Assembly (NCBI GenBank): GCA_963706795.1 | Contig: OY970170.1 | Span: 180,001 to 212,000 of the forward strand | DNA: 32,000 nt | Direction of reading: 5' to 3' | Origin: Candidatus Saccharimonadota bacterium | GTDB taxonomy: Bacteria; Patescibacteriota; Gracilibacteria; BD1-5; UBA2023 | Shown here: positions 19,967-30,119 of the stretch, piece after piece | Layout of the letters: each line of letters starts with the position of its first letter | Numbering within the stretch: position 1 is the stretch's first letter | Notes under the pieces: generated by a model | Database searches by the model: none | What the model saw: the letters and a program-made list of their open reading frames with translations, nothing else | Told to the model about the DNA's origin: nothing | Program-made: the position numbers and the translations under genes

Positions 19967-22402
19967 ATGATATATCTTCCTTCCTTCGCTCGACGGAATT
20001 TTGGATTCTCACTGGTGGAGATTATTGTAGTAGTATCAATTATTGGGGCACTTTCTATTGTTGCCTATGTAGCAGCAGCTTCTTTTTCTGATAGTCGTAA
20101 TAATTCAAAGCGTATTGCGGATATCAATACGCTCAAGGGAGCTCTCGATACTATGATGCTCGAAACAAAGACACTTCCTGAGCCAACTGCCAATAGATCA
20201 TTTTATCTCACAAGTGGCGCATATTCACACTCAAGCAGTGGTGCATATGGGGTTTCGAGCTCATTTTCTGAAGATATTCTCTGAAAATACGCTATTTCTG
20301 ATCATCCAAAAGATCCAAGTACGGGAGGTTTTTACTCGTATGGACGCAATTACGATACAAAACCGTCCTATGATCTTGCTGCAGTTATTAAGGGTGATGG
20401 CGCAAATACAACATATCTCCGAGGAACTTCTGACGGCTCAGTGCTTCCTTCTCTCGTCAAGGCATATGACCAAGGCGGATTTGTAGAAGATGGCAAGACT
20501 AATCTCCTTCCCTATAATCCATATGGCAAAGAGCTTATTGGTAGAATTATCGCATTTACAGGCGCAGTAACTATTACTCCGACCAAAGATCTCACGGCTT
20601 CTATTGTTGCAGGAGATGAAATTAAGGTCGCCGCTGGCGGTATCGCGAATATCAAGATTTCTGACGGATCCGAAATCACCCTTGGTAACCCTACAAGCGA
20701 CTCAGTCCTCAAAATCAGCGAACTTAAAATGAAGGACGATGATGGACTCTTTACACGAGCACGACTTATTCTTGCGAGCTGAGAGATTTGGACAAAGGCT
20801 CCAAAACTCCGCGAAATCGATGGCAATCGCAGCGATTTTGAAGTCGAAACTCAGGGCACTGTCGCTGCCGTGCGCGGTACGATCTTTGGAGTTTCGAATA
20901 TTTCTGGTGCACAAAGTTTCACACTCTACGAATGAAAAATTGCCCTCAGTACAACAGCAAATAGCCCTATTAATGTCACTGGAAATTGAGCCGCGTCATC
21001 CGGTGTTATAGAAGTCGCTGAGGGTACAAAGCCAGTAATTGTGACAGTCAGTCAGAATAATGGCGCTGCCACTGAAGTCTCCGACACACAAAAGGCCTCA
21101 ATAGATCAAGTCCTCGACGTCACCGACCGAAGCATAGCGAATCATATTCCAAAGATCACGAGCTATTCACTAAGTGGAAGTAGTCTCACGCTCAATTTTT
21201 CGGAAACTGGCGCAAGTACGCTCAAGATCGACACGAATGGATCACTCAGCGGAGGTATTGTGGAAGCCGACATCACAAATGTTTCATCAAAAACACTCGA
21301 ACTCCCAACGAATCCCGTTGGCACCGATCTCTCGATTGTTCTTTGTAAAAATAATCAGCTCGGATCAGTCTGTAGTAATGCCTACATTCTCAGAATTAGC
21401 GCCGCAAACGGAACCCTCGTTGGCCTGTGAAATCTTGGTAAAAAGATTACCCTAGCAACTGCAACCGTATCTCAAACCGCCTGTCAGCCATGAGATACGA
21501 GGTGTGGCGGAACGAAGCTCTTGGCTTCTGCAGAATTCGATGCTAATCTCACAATGAAACTCACAGGAAGCGGCACAAATAGCATCGAGCCTACAGCGAA
21601 CTACATAGGAGGGTATTCAGCCTATGTACCATTCATAGATATTCAAGGAGCAATCCTGCCTTCGAGTTATTGCGTAAATTACGCTACGCCATTTAATGAG
21701 TGTAATTCAACCTTGTTCTACACTGCTACAAATCCAGATCTTTGGGGATACGAATGGTCAAATACTGAGCAACTCACAATCCGAAAACAACTCATTGAAG
21801 AGAGATTACATTTTAGTACCAGCAATGATAATCTTGTATGGCGAAATTATGGCCTCATGAGCCTGAGTCCAACAAATGGACAGGCATTTACAGGAGTGTA
21901 TATTGATGATTACGGAACTGATTCTTCGCTCTCATATGATACTGCATCGCTTATTCCGCTTATCACGAATGCCTCTGGAAGTGTAATTGAGATCGGAATT
22001 CGCGGGCTCGGACTTCAAAAGAATAGTGACTATCTACGATATCTGCTCTCTGCAGAAGCGAGCAATGGAAGCCAAATAATCTCAATTTACCAATATCCAC
22101 ATAATGGTAAATTTGCCCTCAAAACTGTTGGAGGATCATGAGTGATCTATCTCGATATGCCAGAATGAATCAATCCAAGTGCACTTTATACAATGCGTAT
22201 TACCTATGGAAGCACTGCTGACCTCAAAACAAAATTTGAGATTATCGGACCTGGAATAGCTACCAATGTGGTCAGCGCTAGCGGAGGAAGTTGACCACTC
22301 ACGAATGTTGTAAAACTCTATCTCGGATCAAAGTCTGCGAATATGACCGCCGTTAACTATTGGAATGATCCGATCGACTTCATCCGAGTCTCTCGACCAT
22401 AG
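19967..22402 (+). CDS. large type IV pilin-like protein with FecR-like domain (811 aa)
   Basis: N-terminus MIYLPSFARRNFG/FSLVEIIVVVSIIGAL is a prepilin cleavage/methylation motif with Glu at +5. ORFs 19754.., 20441.., 21041.. and 21521.. all share the frame. Hand translation of the gaps shows only TGA (9 sites: 20282, 20780, 20933, 20987, 21428, 21491, 22139, 22166, 22292). The FecR-like core is FEVETQGTVAAVRGTIFGV. It ends at TAG 22400-22402. Confidence 0.75.
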
Positions 22403-22470
22403 CTTCTCTCGAAACCTTGCTTTTATGCCATTTTCGATACAATTCCTGAGTTCATAATTTTTCGAATAGA

Positions 22471-23055
22471 ATGGCTAACATCGATCATGCTCCGAGCAAG
22501 CACATGCTCAATTTGCTTCATGTACTTCCTGCTTTTGCGGATGAAGGAAAAAATCGCATCAATAGCATCATCGAGCTCAACTCGATGACGATCAACAAGT
22601 ACGAGATCATCACCGAATCTGGTCAACTCAAGCTCGACCGTGTGGGATATTCTTCGCTTGCATATCCTTTTGCATACGGAGCAATTCCTTGCACATGGGA
22701 CGAGGACGGAGATCCTCTCGATGTAGAAATCGTAGGCGTAACTGAGCCCCTCGTACCTGGCTGCCTCGTAGAAGCACGCATCATCGGAATCATGAAATTT
22801 GATGATGGAGGTGAAGTTGATGACAAGGTTATTGCTGTCATTGCTGATGACAAGCGTATGGATCACATCACGAGCTTCGAACAACTCGGAGATCACTGGG
22901 TAAAAGAAACTCAGTACTACTGGGAACACTACAAAGATCTCAAGAAGCCTGGAACTTGCAAGGTAAATGGGTTTTTCGGAGTTGAGGAAGCCACAAAGAT
23001 TATTAAGGAATGTGAAGAGCGCTATACTCGCGAGTATCTCCCAAAATTCAATTAA
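22471..23055 (+). CDS. ppa: inorganic pyrophosphatase (family I)
   Basis: Sequence is YGAIPCTWDEDGDPLDVEIV and IGIMKFDDGGEVDDKVIAV, typical of family I PPase. The start could instead be the internal ATG (MLNLLHV). Confidence 0.9.
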   Translation: MANIDHAPSKHMLNLLHVLPAFADEGKNRINSIIELNSMTINKYEIITESGQLKLDRVGYSSLAYPFAYGAIPCTWDEDGDPLDVEIVGVTEPLVPGCLVEARIIGIMKFDDGGEVDDKVIAVIADDKRMDHITSFEQLGDHWVKETQYYWEHYKDLKKPGTCKVNGFFGVEEATKIIKECEERYTREYLPKFN

Positions 23056-23061
23056 CCCCTT

Positions 23062-23084
23062 TCCCCCGAGCAATCGGGGGATTT
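23062..23084 (+). terminator. possible terminator after ppa
   Basis: TCCCCCGA-GCAA-TCGGGGGA hairpin, but only a short T-run (TTT). The next gene starts at 23091. Confidence 0.4.
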
Positions 23085-23090
23085 CAAACT

Positions 23091-24200
23091 ATGCACCTCG
23101 CCATCACCACCGCCCCTGGACTCGAAAGCTTCGTTAAAAACGAATGCAGCCGAATGGGCATGAAGGTAACAAAAGTCGAAGATCGCCTCATTCAGGTCGA
23201 AACTCCGGATGAAGGTCTGGCCAAACTCAATATTGGACTTCGTACGGCTAACCGCGTTTATCTCCGGCTTACCGAATGAAAAAGCACGTCTTTTGATGAT
23301 CTTTTTGAACTCATGAAGTCCATCAATTGGAAATCATTGATCCCAAAAAATGCGCCAATTATCGTTGATGCAATCTCTATTAAATCAACACTCGAGAGCA
23401 TCCCCGCGATTCAACGAACTGCCAAAAAGGCAATTATTGAGAGTCTCGTACTTAAAAAATGAGAGGTAATTCCAGAAATTGAGAGCGTTCCGGCCGTCAA
23501 TATTTTTGTGATGATTCGCGAGAATCACGCACTTATCTTGCTCAATAGCTCAGGCGAAGCACTCCACAAGCGAGGCTACCGCAGAGAAGCAGGTGATGCA
23601 CCCATCAAAGAAACTCTAGCTGCTGCACTCATCATGATCAGCAATTGGCGCTACAAATCGAATTTCCTTGATCCATTTTGTGGTTCTGGAACGATTGCGA
23701 TCGAGGCTGCACTCCTTGCTCGTAATATTGCACCTGGTCTTAAGCGATCATTTGCCTTTGAAGATTGGACTTGGTACGACAAAGCACACAAACAAAATAC
23801 TGTCCAAGAAGCCATGGCAAAAATCTATCCAACAGGAGATTATCATATCGAAGCTTCGGATATCGATCCTGATATGGTCGATATTGCCGAAGAGAATGCA
23901 CGACGCGCCGGTATTCCAAATGATATTACATTTCGATCATGCTCGGTGAAGGATTATACAGACACTCCCCTCTCAGGGTGTCTCGTAACGAATCCTCCGT
24001 ACGGACTCCGTCTCAATGACCAGGATCTCGTACCACTCTACGAATCACTCACCAAGATTTTTAAGACGAACAAGGGGCTTGCTGGAGGTATTATCACGAG
24101 CTGGGACCTCTTCCTTGACCGCGCCAAAAAAGAGGGATTTGAGAAACGTAAGCTCTACAATGGTTCTGAGCGCTGTGACTTTTGTTATAAGAAAGTTTAA
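23091..24200 (+). CDS. THUMP-domain class I SAM-dependent RNA methyltransferase (COG0116-like)
   Basis: ORFs 23091..23279 and 23508..24200 are in one frame and joined across TGA 23277 and 23460. SAM-binding DPFCGSGTIAIEA and catalytic TNPPYG. Confidence 0.8.
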
Positions 24201-24253
24201 ATCTGGATGAGATTTATTTACGGTAGATTGAAAAAGACTCTACACAAGATAGG

Positions 24254-25084
24254 ATGGGTAAAATAATTACCCATTTTTTTATGAAGTTTTCTCTTCCTAC
24301 TCCTCATTCCATTGCGATTTACGGGCTGAGTGCAACATTTTTAATAAGCCTCATTGCGCGCCCACTTCTCCCGACACTCTTCTCGGCTTTGATACTCTTT
24401 ACCATAGCGATACTGGGGCATCTCGCATGGAAAAGAGAGCTTAAGTGGGACATTTTTATGCGGGATACTTTTGTATCAACGATGGTGATACTTCTTTTAC
24501 TGGAGCCCGCAACAAGTTTTGCAGAGATACTTCCAGTAGTACTTGTAATGGCTGCTTCGATCGTGCTTCGGGCTTTTGTGCGATATAAATGAATGCCGAT
24601 TCTCAATCCTGCAGCCAGTGCGATTATGGCAGTGACCGTTGCATCATATACTGGGCTTCTTGGTACACTGCTCGCCTCTTGGTGGGGATCAAATTATGCG
24701 ATTACTTTGGGTGATATGCGATTATTAGTAGGAACTCTCCTATCAATGATCGTTGGAGCGCTCATTGTTACTCGCTTAAAAAAACAATGGTACGCAGGAG
24801 CATTTTTGATTCCTATGGCTATATATGCACTCATAAATGGCAATCTCGCAGGCCTATTCCTTGATGGAACGATCTATTTTTTCTTTGCAATAATGGCTTG
24901 TGAACCAAAAACTGCGCCGGTTGCTAAATCACATCAGATTATCGCAGGGATTATTCTCGCCGTTGCACTTATTGCGAGCTTTGTGTGGCCTATTCCTTCG
25001 GGGTATATCTTTGCCCTATTAGTGGCAAACCTTGTAACTGCAGGACTCAAACATATTCCATTCTTTAAGAAGCTCTTGGCATAA
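24254..25084 (+). CDS. polytopic membrane protein, possibly NqrB/RnfD-like
   Basis: ORFs 24254..24592 and 24593..25084 are joined across TGA 24590-24592. ILNPAASAIM and MACEPKTAPV resemble the NPA and DPxT(S)P segments of the RnfD/NqrB family. This is a weak assignment. Confidence 0.5.
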
Positions 25085-25086
25085 AT

Positions 25087-25110
25087 AAAAGGCTGCAATT
25101 GCAGCCTTTT
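25087..25110. terminator. bidirectional rho-independent terminator
   Basis: AAAA-GGCTGC-AATT-GCAGCC-TTTT between convergent genes. Confidence 0.75.
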
Positions 25111-25122
25111 ATTGTTGGAATA

Positions 25123-25833
25123 TTAGACGATTCCGCCTTCTTCGTTTTCATCAAAGACCTCATCGAGATCAACTTCAAGAGTGTCGTCCTGAGAGATGGG
25201 AGATTGAAGGAATTCGAGCACATGGAAGAGATGTCCATAAATTTTGGCATTCTCTTCGGATTGTGCACCATGTCGAACCATAGCAAGGACAGGATATACT
25301 TCTTCGGAACGCTCGAGTTTCTTGGCAGCAAGAATCATTGGATACGTCACCGGATCAACACAGTCAGCGCTATATGCAAAATCGACTTGTTCCTGAAGCT
25401 CCTCAGCCATTCCATCAGCTTTAGTTACAGTGATTCCACCAATTGAGAGACCAAATGTCTCAAAATCGATATCATTCTGCTCGTCATAGTGCGACAAGAA
25501 GAGCGGATCCGTCATAAATGCATCCCGATTTTCTTTAGTGAAACTCGCTGACTCGATCGCCTGATCATATGGAAGAAATACGTTTGGAAGGACTATATCC
25601 CCTACTTCGTGCTCAGTAGAAACCGCATTTGCAGGACTCAAAATCCAGACCTGACCAGCCGCAAAGTCATTAAACGCACGTTCGATAAGCGTCTCAGGAG
25701 CAGACTCGGTCCAAATGAGAATACGGTCTTGTTTTTGGTAGACCCCTGGATTTTCTTTTTTCTCTGTGAGATCAAAATGCCCAATAGCGGCATCGCGGAT
25801 CAGAGCATCATGGGTAACAAAAACATGGATCAT
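25123..25833 (-). CDS. hypothetical protein, weak nucleoside phosphorylase/MTA-SAH nucleosidase-like fold, acidic C-terminal tail
   Basis: I prefer the internal ATG at 25833 (MIHVFVTHDA...) because the longer ORF (to 25950) overlaps the divergent gene. VGDIVLPNVFLPYD resembles the PNP_UDP_1 family. TAA stop. Confidence 0.45.
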   Translation of the reverse strand: MIHVFVTHDALIRDAAIGHFDLTEKKENPGVYQKQDRILIWTESAPETLIERAFNDFAAGQVWILSPANAVSTEHEVGDIVLPNVFLPYDQAIESASFTKENRDAFMTDPLFLSHYDEQNDIDFETFGLSIGGITVTKADGMAEELQEQVDFAYSADCVDPVTYPMILAAKKLERSEEVYPVLAMVRHGAQSEENAKIYGHLFHVLEFLQSPISQDDTLEVDLDEVFDENEEGGIV

Positions 25834-25897
25834 AGAAGTGTTGGTGAATTTATGCGAGTCGATAGTATATACTGAAATCCAAATCTCAAAACACCAA

Positions 25898-26299
25898 ATG
25901 ATACAATTAAGTACCACCGAAATCGTCCTCATCATCGCAATTTTTATCATAGCCCTCGCTATGAGTTTTGCACTTGGACGAATACTTCGTAGTCGACACG
26001 CCTCGCACCTGAGGCAAGATGCTATTACGAGGTCTAAGTCCGTGATTCTTTGAGAAGTCTACGAAAAAATTCTGCCATTTCTCCCAAATTTCCCATTTTC
26101 GGCTCGGGATATGGTATTTGTAGGTAAGTGAGTAGACTATATAGTCTTCGACGGACTTTCTGCCGGTTCACTCAAAAAAATTGTCTTCCTCGAGCTCAAA
26201 TCAGGAAGCTCGAGCCTCAATAAAAACGAACGTATGATCCGAGAAGTCGTAGAATCCCGCAAGATTGAATACAAGATTGAACGTCTCGAAGGTTTTTAG
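25898..26299 (+). CDS. membrane-anchored endonuclease related to archaeal Holliday junction resolvase (COG4741-like)
   Basis: N-terminal TM helix, then RSKSVIL-[TGA=G]-EVYEKILPFLPNFPF...FVGK-[TGA=G]-VDYIVFDG...IVFLELKSGSS.LNKNER. This pattern is as I recall it for that family. TAG stop at 26297-26299. Confidence 0.6.
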
Positions 26300-26308
26300 A
26301 TTTTATGT

Positions 26309-26746
26309 ATGCCACTTAAAAATACCGTCATTACTTTTTGAACATTTGACCTCGTGCATGAGGGGCATACGTTTTATCTTGCAGAAGCCAAAAAACAAGG
26401 TGATCGCCTGATCACAATCATTGCAACAGATGCAAATGTTCTCAAGATCAAATGACGTCCCACCTTCCATCCCGAATCCAAGCGTCGACAAGATGTTGAA
26501 GATCTCAGTATCGCGCATATCGTTGAGATCGGCGACGAACATAATCCTTACAAGTGCCTGCATACTTATAAACCACAGATTATCTGTCTGGGTTATGACC
26601 AACACGGTTTCACTGAATGACTCTCAAAATTCTTAGAAATCCATCTGCCAGAAACACAGATTGTCCGTATTGGAGGATTTAAGACCGACATACACAAATC
26701 CTCAAAACTCCGTGCAAAATTCGAAAATGCTCAATCTTCAAAATAA
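26309..26746 (+). CDS. cytidylyltransferase-family nucleotidyltransferase (RibL/FAD synthase-like)
   Basis: ITF-[TGA=G]-TFDLVHEGH (HxGH nucleotidyltransferase motif). Two further in-frame TGA. Ends at TAA 26744-26746 (145 aa). Confidence 0.7.
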
Positions 26747-26750
26747 TCCT

Positions 26751-27221
26751 ATGAAAAAAATACAACCGATCGTAGAGAGCTCCAGATCCAGTCGTTCCTG
26801 GGTCATACTTTTGGTCATTTTGGTGGTCGTAGTCGCAGCACTGCTCACGAGAGAGATTCGAAGTACGGTAAATTCTGGGAATTTTGATCGTCATAACCGA
26901 CTTCGTAATCCACTAGAGAGACTGCCACAGGGCCAGGCTCCACTCACGCGTCCTGACAACATAGGCCCGTGGATGACGTTCAAATATATCGGTTTTGCTT
27001 TTGGAGTACCGGATGAATATCTCAAATCTTCTCTCCATATTGAAGACAAAAATTTCCCAAATATCTCTATCGGTAAATATGCGAAATCCCTAAAAATGGA
27101 CCCCTCTCTATTTATCGAATCCGTCAAAAGTTCGATCCGAACCTATCTACAAGAACACCCGAAAACCCTCACTGGGGCAACACTCTCTGGATGAATCTCA
27201 TTTGATCATCCAGTAAAATAG
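26751..27221 (+). CDS. hypothetical single-pass membrane protein
   Basis: ATG at 26751 lies 4 nt after the previous stop. TM helix WVILLVILVVVVAALL. In-frame TGA at 27192, then TAG 27219-27221. Confidence 0.5.
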
Positions 27222-27222
27222 C

Positions 27223-27837
27223 ATGCTAGATTTCTTTCTTTCATACATACTGATTTATGGTCAGCTGATGCTCTTCAGTGTGGCACTTCTGGCATCTTTT
27301 GGTTTTCCATTTCCGATCACAGCGCTCGCGGTAGCCTCAGGAGCGCTTTCGGCACAGGGATATTTTGGGCTCTGACAGATTATAGTTTATTGCACAATTG
27401 GATGTATCATTGGAGATACTCTTGGCTACTGGATAGCTCGCAGATATGGGAAGAGTATTTTTAGGCACATCGGAATGGCAAAGTTACTTACTTCTGAGAG
27501 ATTTCTGAGCACTGAAGCTGGACTCGAGAAGCACTACCGATCTATGATTTTTTATTCAAGATTTGTGGTTACTCTCATGGGTCCGCCCATCAATGTCATG
27601 GCTGGACTTGGCAATATTTCGTATCGGAAATTTCTCACTTATGCGCTCCTGGGGCAGGTCGCATATGCATCACTTTTTGTCACACTTGGCTATATATTTA
27701 GCGAACAATGGGAAAATATCTCCGATCTCTCTGGTGAAATCGGGACAATTATCGCACTCTTCGCACTTTTGGTCATACTTGTGTTTGCTCTCATTAAATT
27801 TCTACGAAAAAATCCATTAAAAAAATCCCACTCCTAA
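27223..27837 (+). CDS. DedA/SNARE-associated family membrane protein
   Basis: IIGDTLGYWIARRYGK motif and multiple TM segments. One in-frame TGA. ORF 27475..27837 is its C-terminal part in the same frame. Confidence 0.75.
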
Positions 27838-27868
27838 GCTTGTAAGAGCAAAGGGGTGGGATTTTTTT
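27819..27868. terminator. bidirectional terminator between dedA-like and Met-rich genes
   Basis: AAAAAAATCCCACTCC ... GGGGTGGGATTTTTTT, a 16-bp stem with one G-U pair and an 18-nt loop. Confidence 0.6.
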
Positions 27869-27870
27869 AA

Positions 27871-28293
27871 TTAGTGAGACATTGAATCATTCTTCATCAT
27901 TGCATCAGCACCTGCTCCCTTGAGGAGGTATGTGCGGATCTTGATGTTCTGTGCTGCAGTACCGCGGTAGTTAGTAATACCTGCGAGCTTTGCAAGAGCA
28001 TTTCGATCCTTCATCCAATTGTAGCCCTTTGATTTTGCTACCGAGAAGACAGTCATCTTTGTAGTCATTGTCGTAGTCATCATGGCATCACTTTTCATCA
28101 TGGTGTCCGACTTCATCATTGTATCAGTCGACATAGTATCCTTTTTCATTGCGTCATTCTGCATCATAGTATCGTGCATCATGGCAGAATCGTCCTTCAT
28201 CATTGCACCTGTCATAGTGTTCATAGCATATGACTGTGAGAGAGAAGCGAGTGAAACAACCGCCACAGCGCTCATTACAGCAAGAGATTTCAT
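27871..28293 (-). CDS. secreted methionine-rich repeat protein
   Basis: Signal peptide MKSLAVMSAVAVVSLASLSQSYA, then 18 Met in the next 58 residues in MMK/MMH/MMQ-D-x repeats, then a non-repetitive C-terminal segment. I prefer ATG 28293 over TTG 28347 because 28345..28366 looks like its operator. TAA stop. Confidence 0.65.
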   Translation of the reverse strand: MKSLAVMSAVAVVSLASLSQSYAMNTMTGAMMKDDSAMMHDTMMQNDAMKKDTMSTDTMMKSDTMMKSDAMMTTTMTTKMTVFSVAKSKGYNWMKDRNALAKLAGITNYRGTAAQNIKIRTYLLKGAGADAMMKNDSMSH

Positions 28294-28333
28294 AAGGGAA
28301 AAGAGAGAAATTAAACGTGCACCGCACAACCCA

Positions 28334-28366
28334 AGAATACTTCCCAAGATTAAGGCAAGATTAAGA
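28334..28366 (-). promoter_or_regulatory. tandem 11-bp direct repeats plus -10-like hexamer upstream of the Met-rich gene
   Basis: On the - strand: TCTTAATCTTG CCTTAATCTTG, 5 nt, TATTCT. Same architecture as 30120..30152. Confidence 0.55.
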
Positions 28367-28370
28367 GCAA

Positions 28371-30092
28371 TTACGAACCGAACGTAAACGCGTGGAATGA
28401 CATTGATGACTGAAGTTCGAGGGTTACTTCCACATCTTTTTGTGGTGAAGTAAAGCTCGCAATGTGGTACATTTTGTCACCCGAAATAGTAAGCATTCCA
28501 TCTCGCACTTCACTCGAGAGATTAGCAATATTTGAAGAGACGGAAACCTTTACGCTTCACTGCTCGGCACCAGAAATCACGAGGTAAGCATCTTTTGCGC
28601 TGAGTTTCATTTTGAGGATGGAGCCCTTTTGTCATTCGATATATTCGCTATGAACATTCCATGCACCGCCAAGACTCACTTCATTGCTCTGGAGGGTAGT
28701 ACCAAGCGTAAATACCTTGGACCCATTCCCATAATTTGCATTCGTAACACTCCTAGCACGTGATGAACCAAGGTAGGTTTCTGGGCTCTGTGCGCTGTTT
28801 TTTGTAACCGAAGGATCCGCAACAGTCGATGTCGCTTCAATGCCTAAAAGATATTGAATAAGCTTCTCGCTCTCTGTGTAATTCCCTTCTCCAAAATGCG
28901 AATGACGCAGTTTGCCATCTCGATCAATAAAATACTTCGCTGGCCAGTATTGATTTTCGTAGGCATTCCAAGTCGCGTAATCATTATCGAGTACAACTGG
29001 ATAGGCGATCCCTGCATCTTTGACGGCCTTTGCAACATTTTCAGGATTTTTTTCGAAGGCAAATTCTGGTGCATGAACACCGATAATCACGAGCCCCTTA
29101 TCACGATATTTTTTGTCCCATTCTTTGAGGTATGGAAGAGTTCGCTGACAGTTAATACACGAATACGTCCAAAAATCGATAATTACGACCTTTCATTTGA
29201 GATCCGCGAGCGTCAGTGGCTTTGAGTTGATCCAATTTGTCAGTCCAGTGAGCTCTGGAGCTGCATCATTTCCGCTATATGCGAGCTCAAATGGTGGCTT
29301 TGATGCTATACCTCCTGAGGTAGTTGCTGCCGTATTTTGAGTCATCGTGTTCGGCGTTTTTGTGCGACTCGGTTTTGTAGTTTCGAGGATTTTTTGCTCA
29401 ACTTTTGTGATATCAAAGAGTCCAGCAGAGAGGCTTCCTGACTCGATTTGTTTATCAAAACCTGTGATGATTGCAAGTCCTACGAGGATGAATAGGACAC
29501 CAAGTCCACGACGAAACCATCCATTTGGATTAGCTGACCACTTGAGTTTTTTAATGAGTTTCTGCCCAAAAATAGAGACGAGAAGGAGTACGAGTCAAAG
29601 ACCGAATGAATACGCAATGAGATAGAGTACTCCCAGGCCAAAACTCACGGGTAAAACCGTTGCTAAGATGAGTGAGTATGTCGGAGAACAACTCGAAAAC
29701 ACTGGTCCGAGGGCTAATCCCGTGAGGATTGCTCAAATGACACCCGTTTTTTCGGATGATTTCTCGAGACCTTGTTGGCTCTTGTTTTCAAAACCAGTAA
29801 CTTCCGCGATTTTGGTCCAGAGATTTGGGAAAACCGTAATAATTCCAAGCCCAATAACCAATGCCCCAGAAAAATATGGGAAAAACGATGGAGGAATACC
29901 GATGAGAATCGTGCTCACTTTAATAAGCAGCGTAAATGCCACGATCGAAATCATGAGCGAAATCGCGATAAGATACGGTCGAGCCTTGCCACTCTGGAGC
30001 GAACCGCCCACGATAATCGGCAGGAGCGGAAGCACGCACGGCGCTAGGACCGTAAGCACCCCTGAAAGAAAAGAAATCAGAAAAAGTGTCAT
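28371..30092 (-). CDS. DipZ-like fusion: CcdA/DsbD membrane domain + thioredoxin-like domain + C-terminal beta-rich domain
   Basis: ORFs 29733..30092 and 28632..29090 are in one frame. Hand translation of 29091..29732 and 28371..28631 shows only TGA (29733, 29595, 29193, 28632, 28557). CcdA motifs LAPCVLPLLP and GPVFSSCSP. Redoxin WTYSCINCQRTLPYL with CxxC. 573 aa, TAA at 28371. Confidence 0.8.
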
Positions 30093-30119
30093 ATTGGAGA
30101 ATTAAAAATTAACACCTCC

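Noticed and set aside
22423-23073. 216-aa ORF antisense to ppa. Similar antisense ORFs are 1134..1631, 4539..4991, 7359..7877, 8787..9251, 13278..13748, 26303..26605 and 18954..19322.
   Set aside because: Each lies opposite a gene with clear homology-type motifs and has low-complexity or implausible sequence. These are typical shadow ORFs.
27871-28200. Periodic DNA repeats (CATCAT-rich units of about 18-21 nt) that might be a repeat array or CRISPR-like structure.
   Set aside because: They are in frame and simply encode the MMK(S/D)D(T/A) peptide repeats of the Met-rich protein. There are no spacers and no cas genes.
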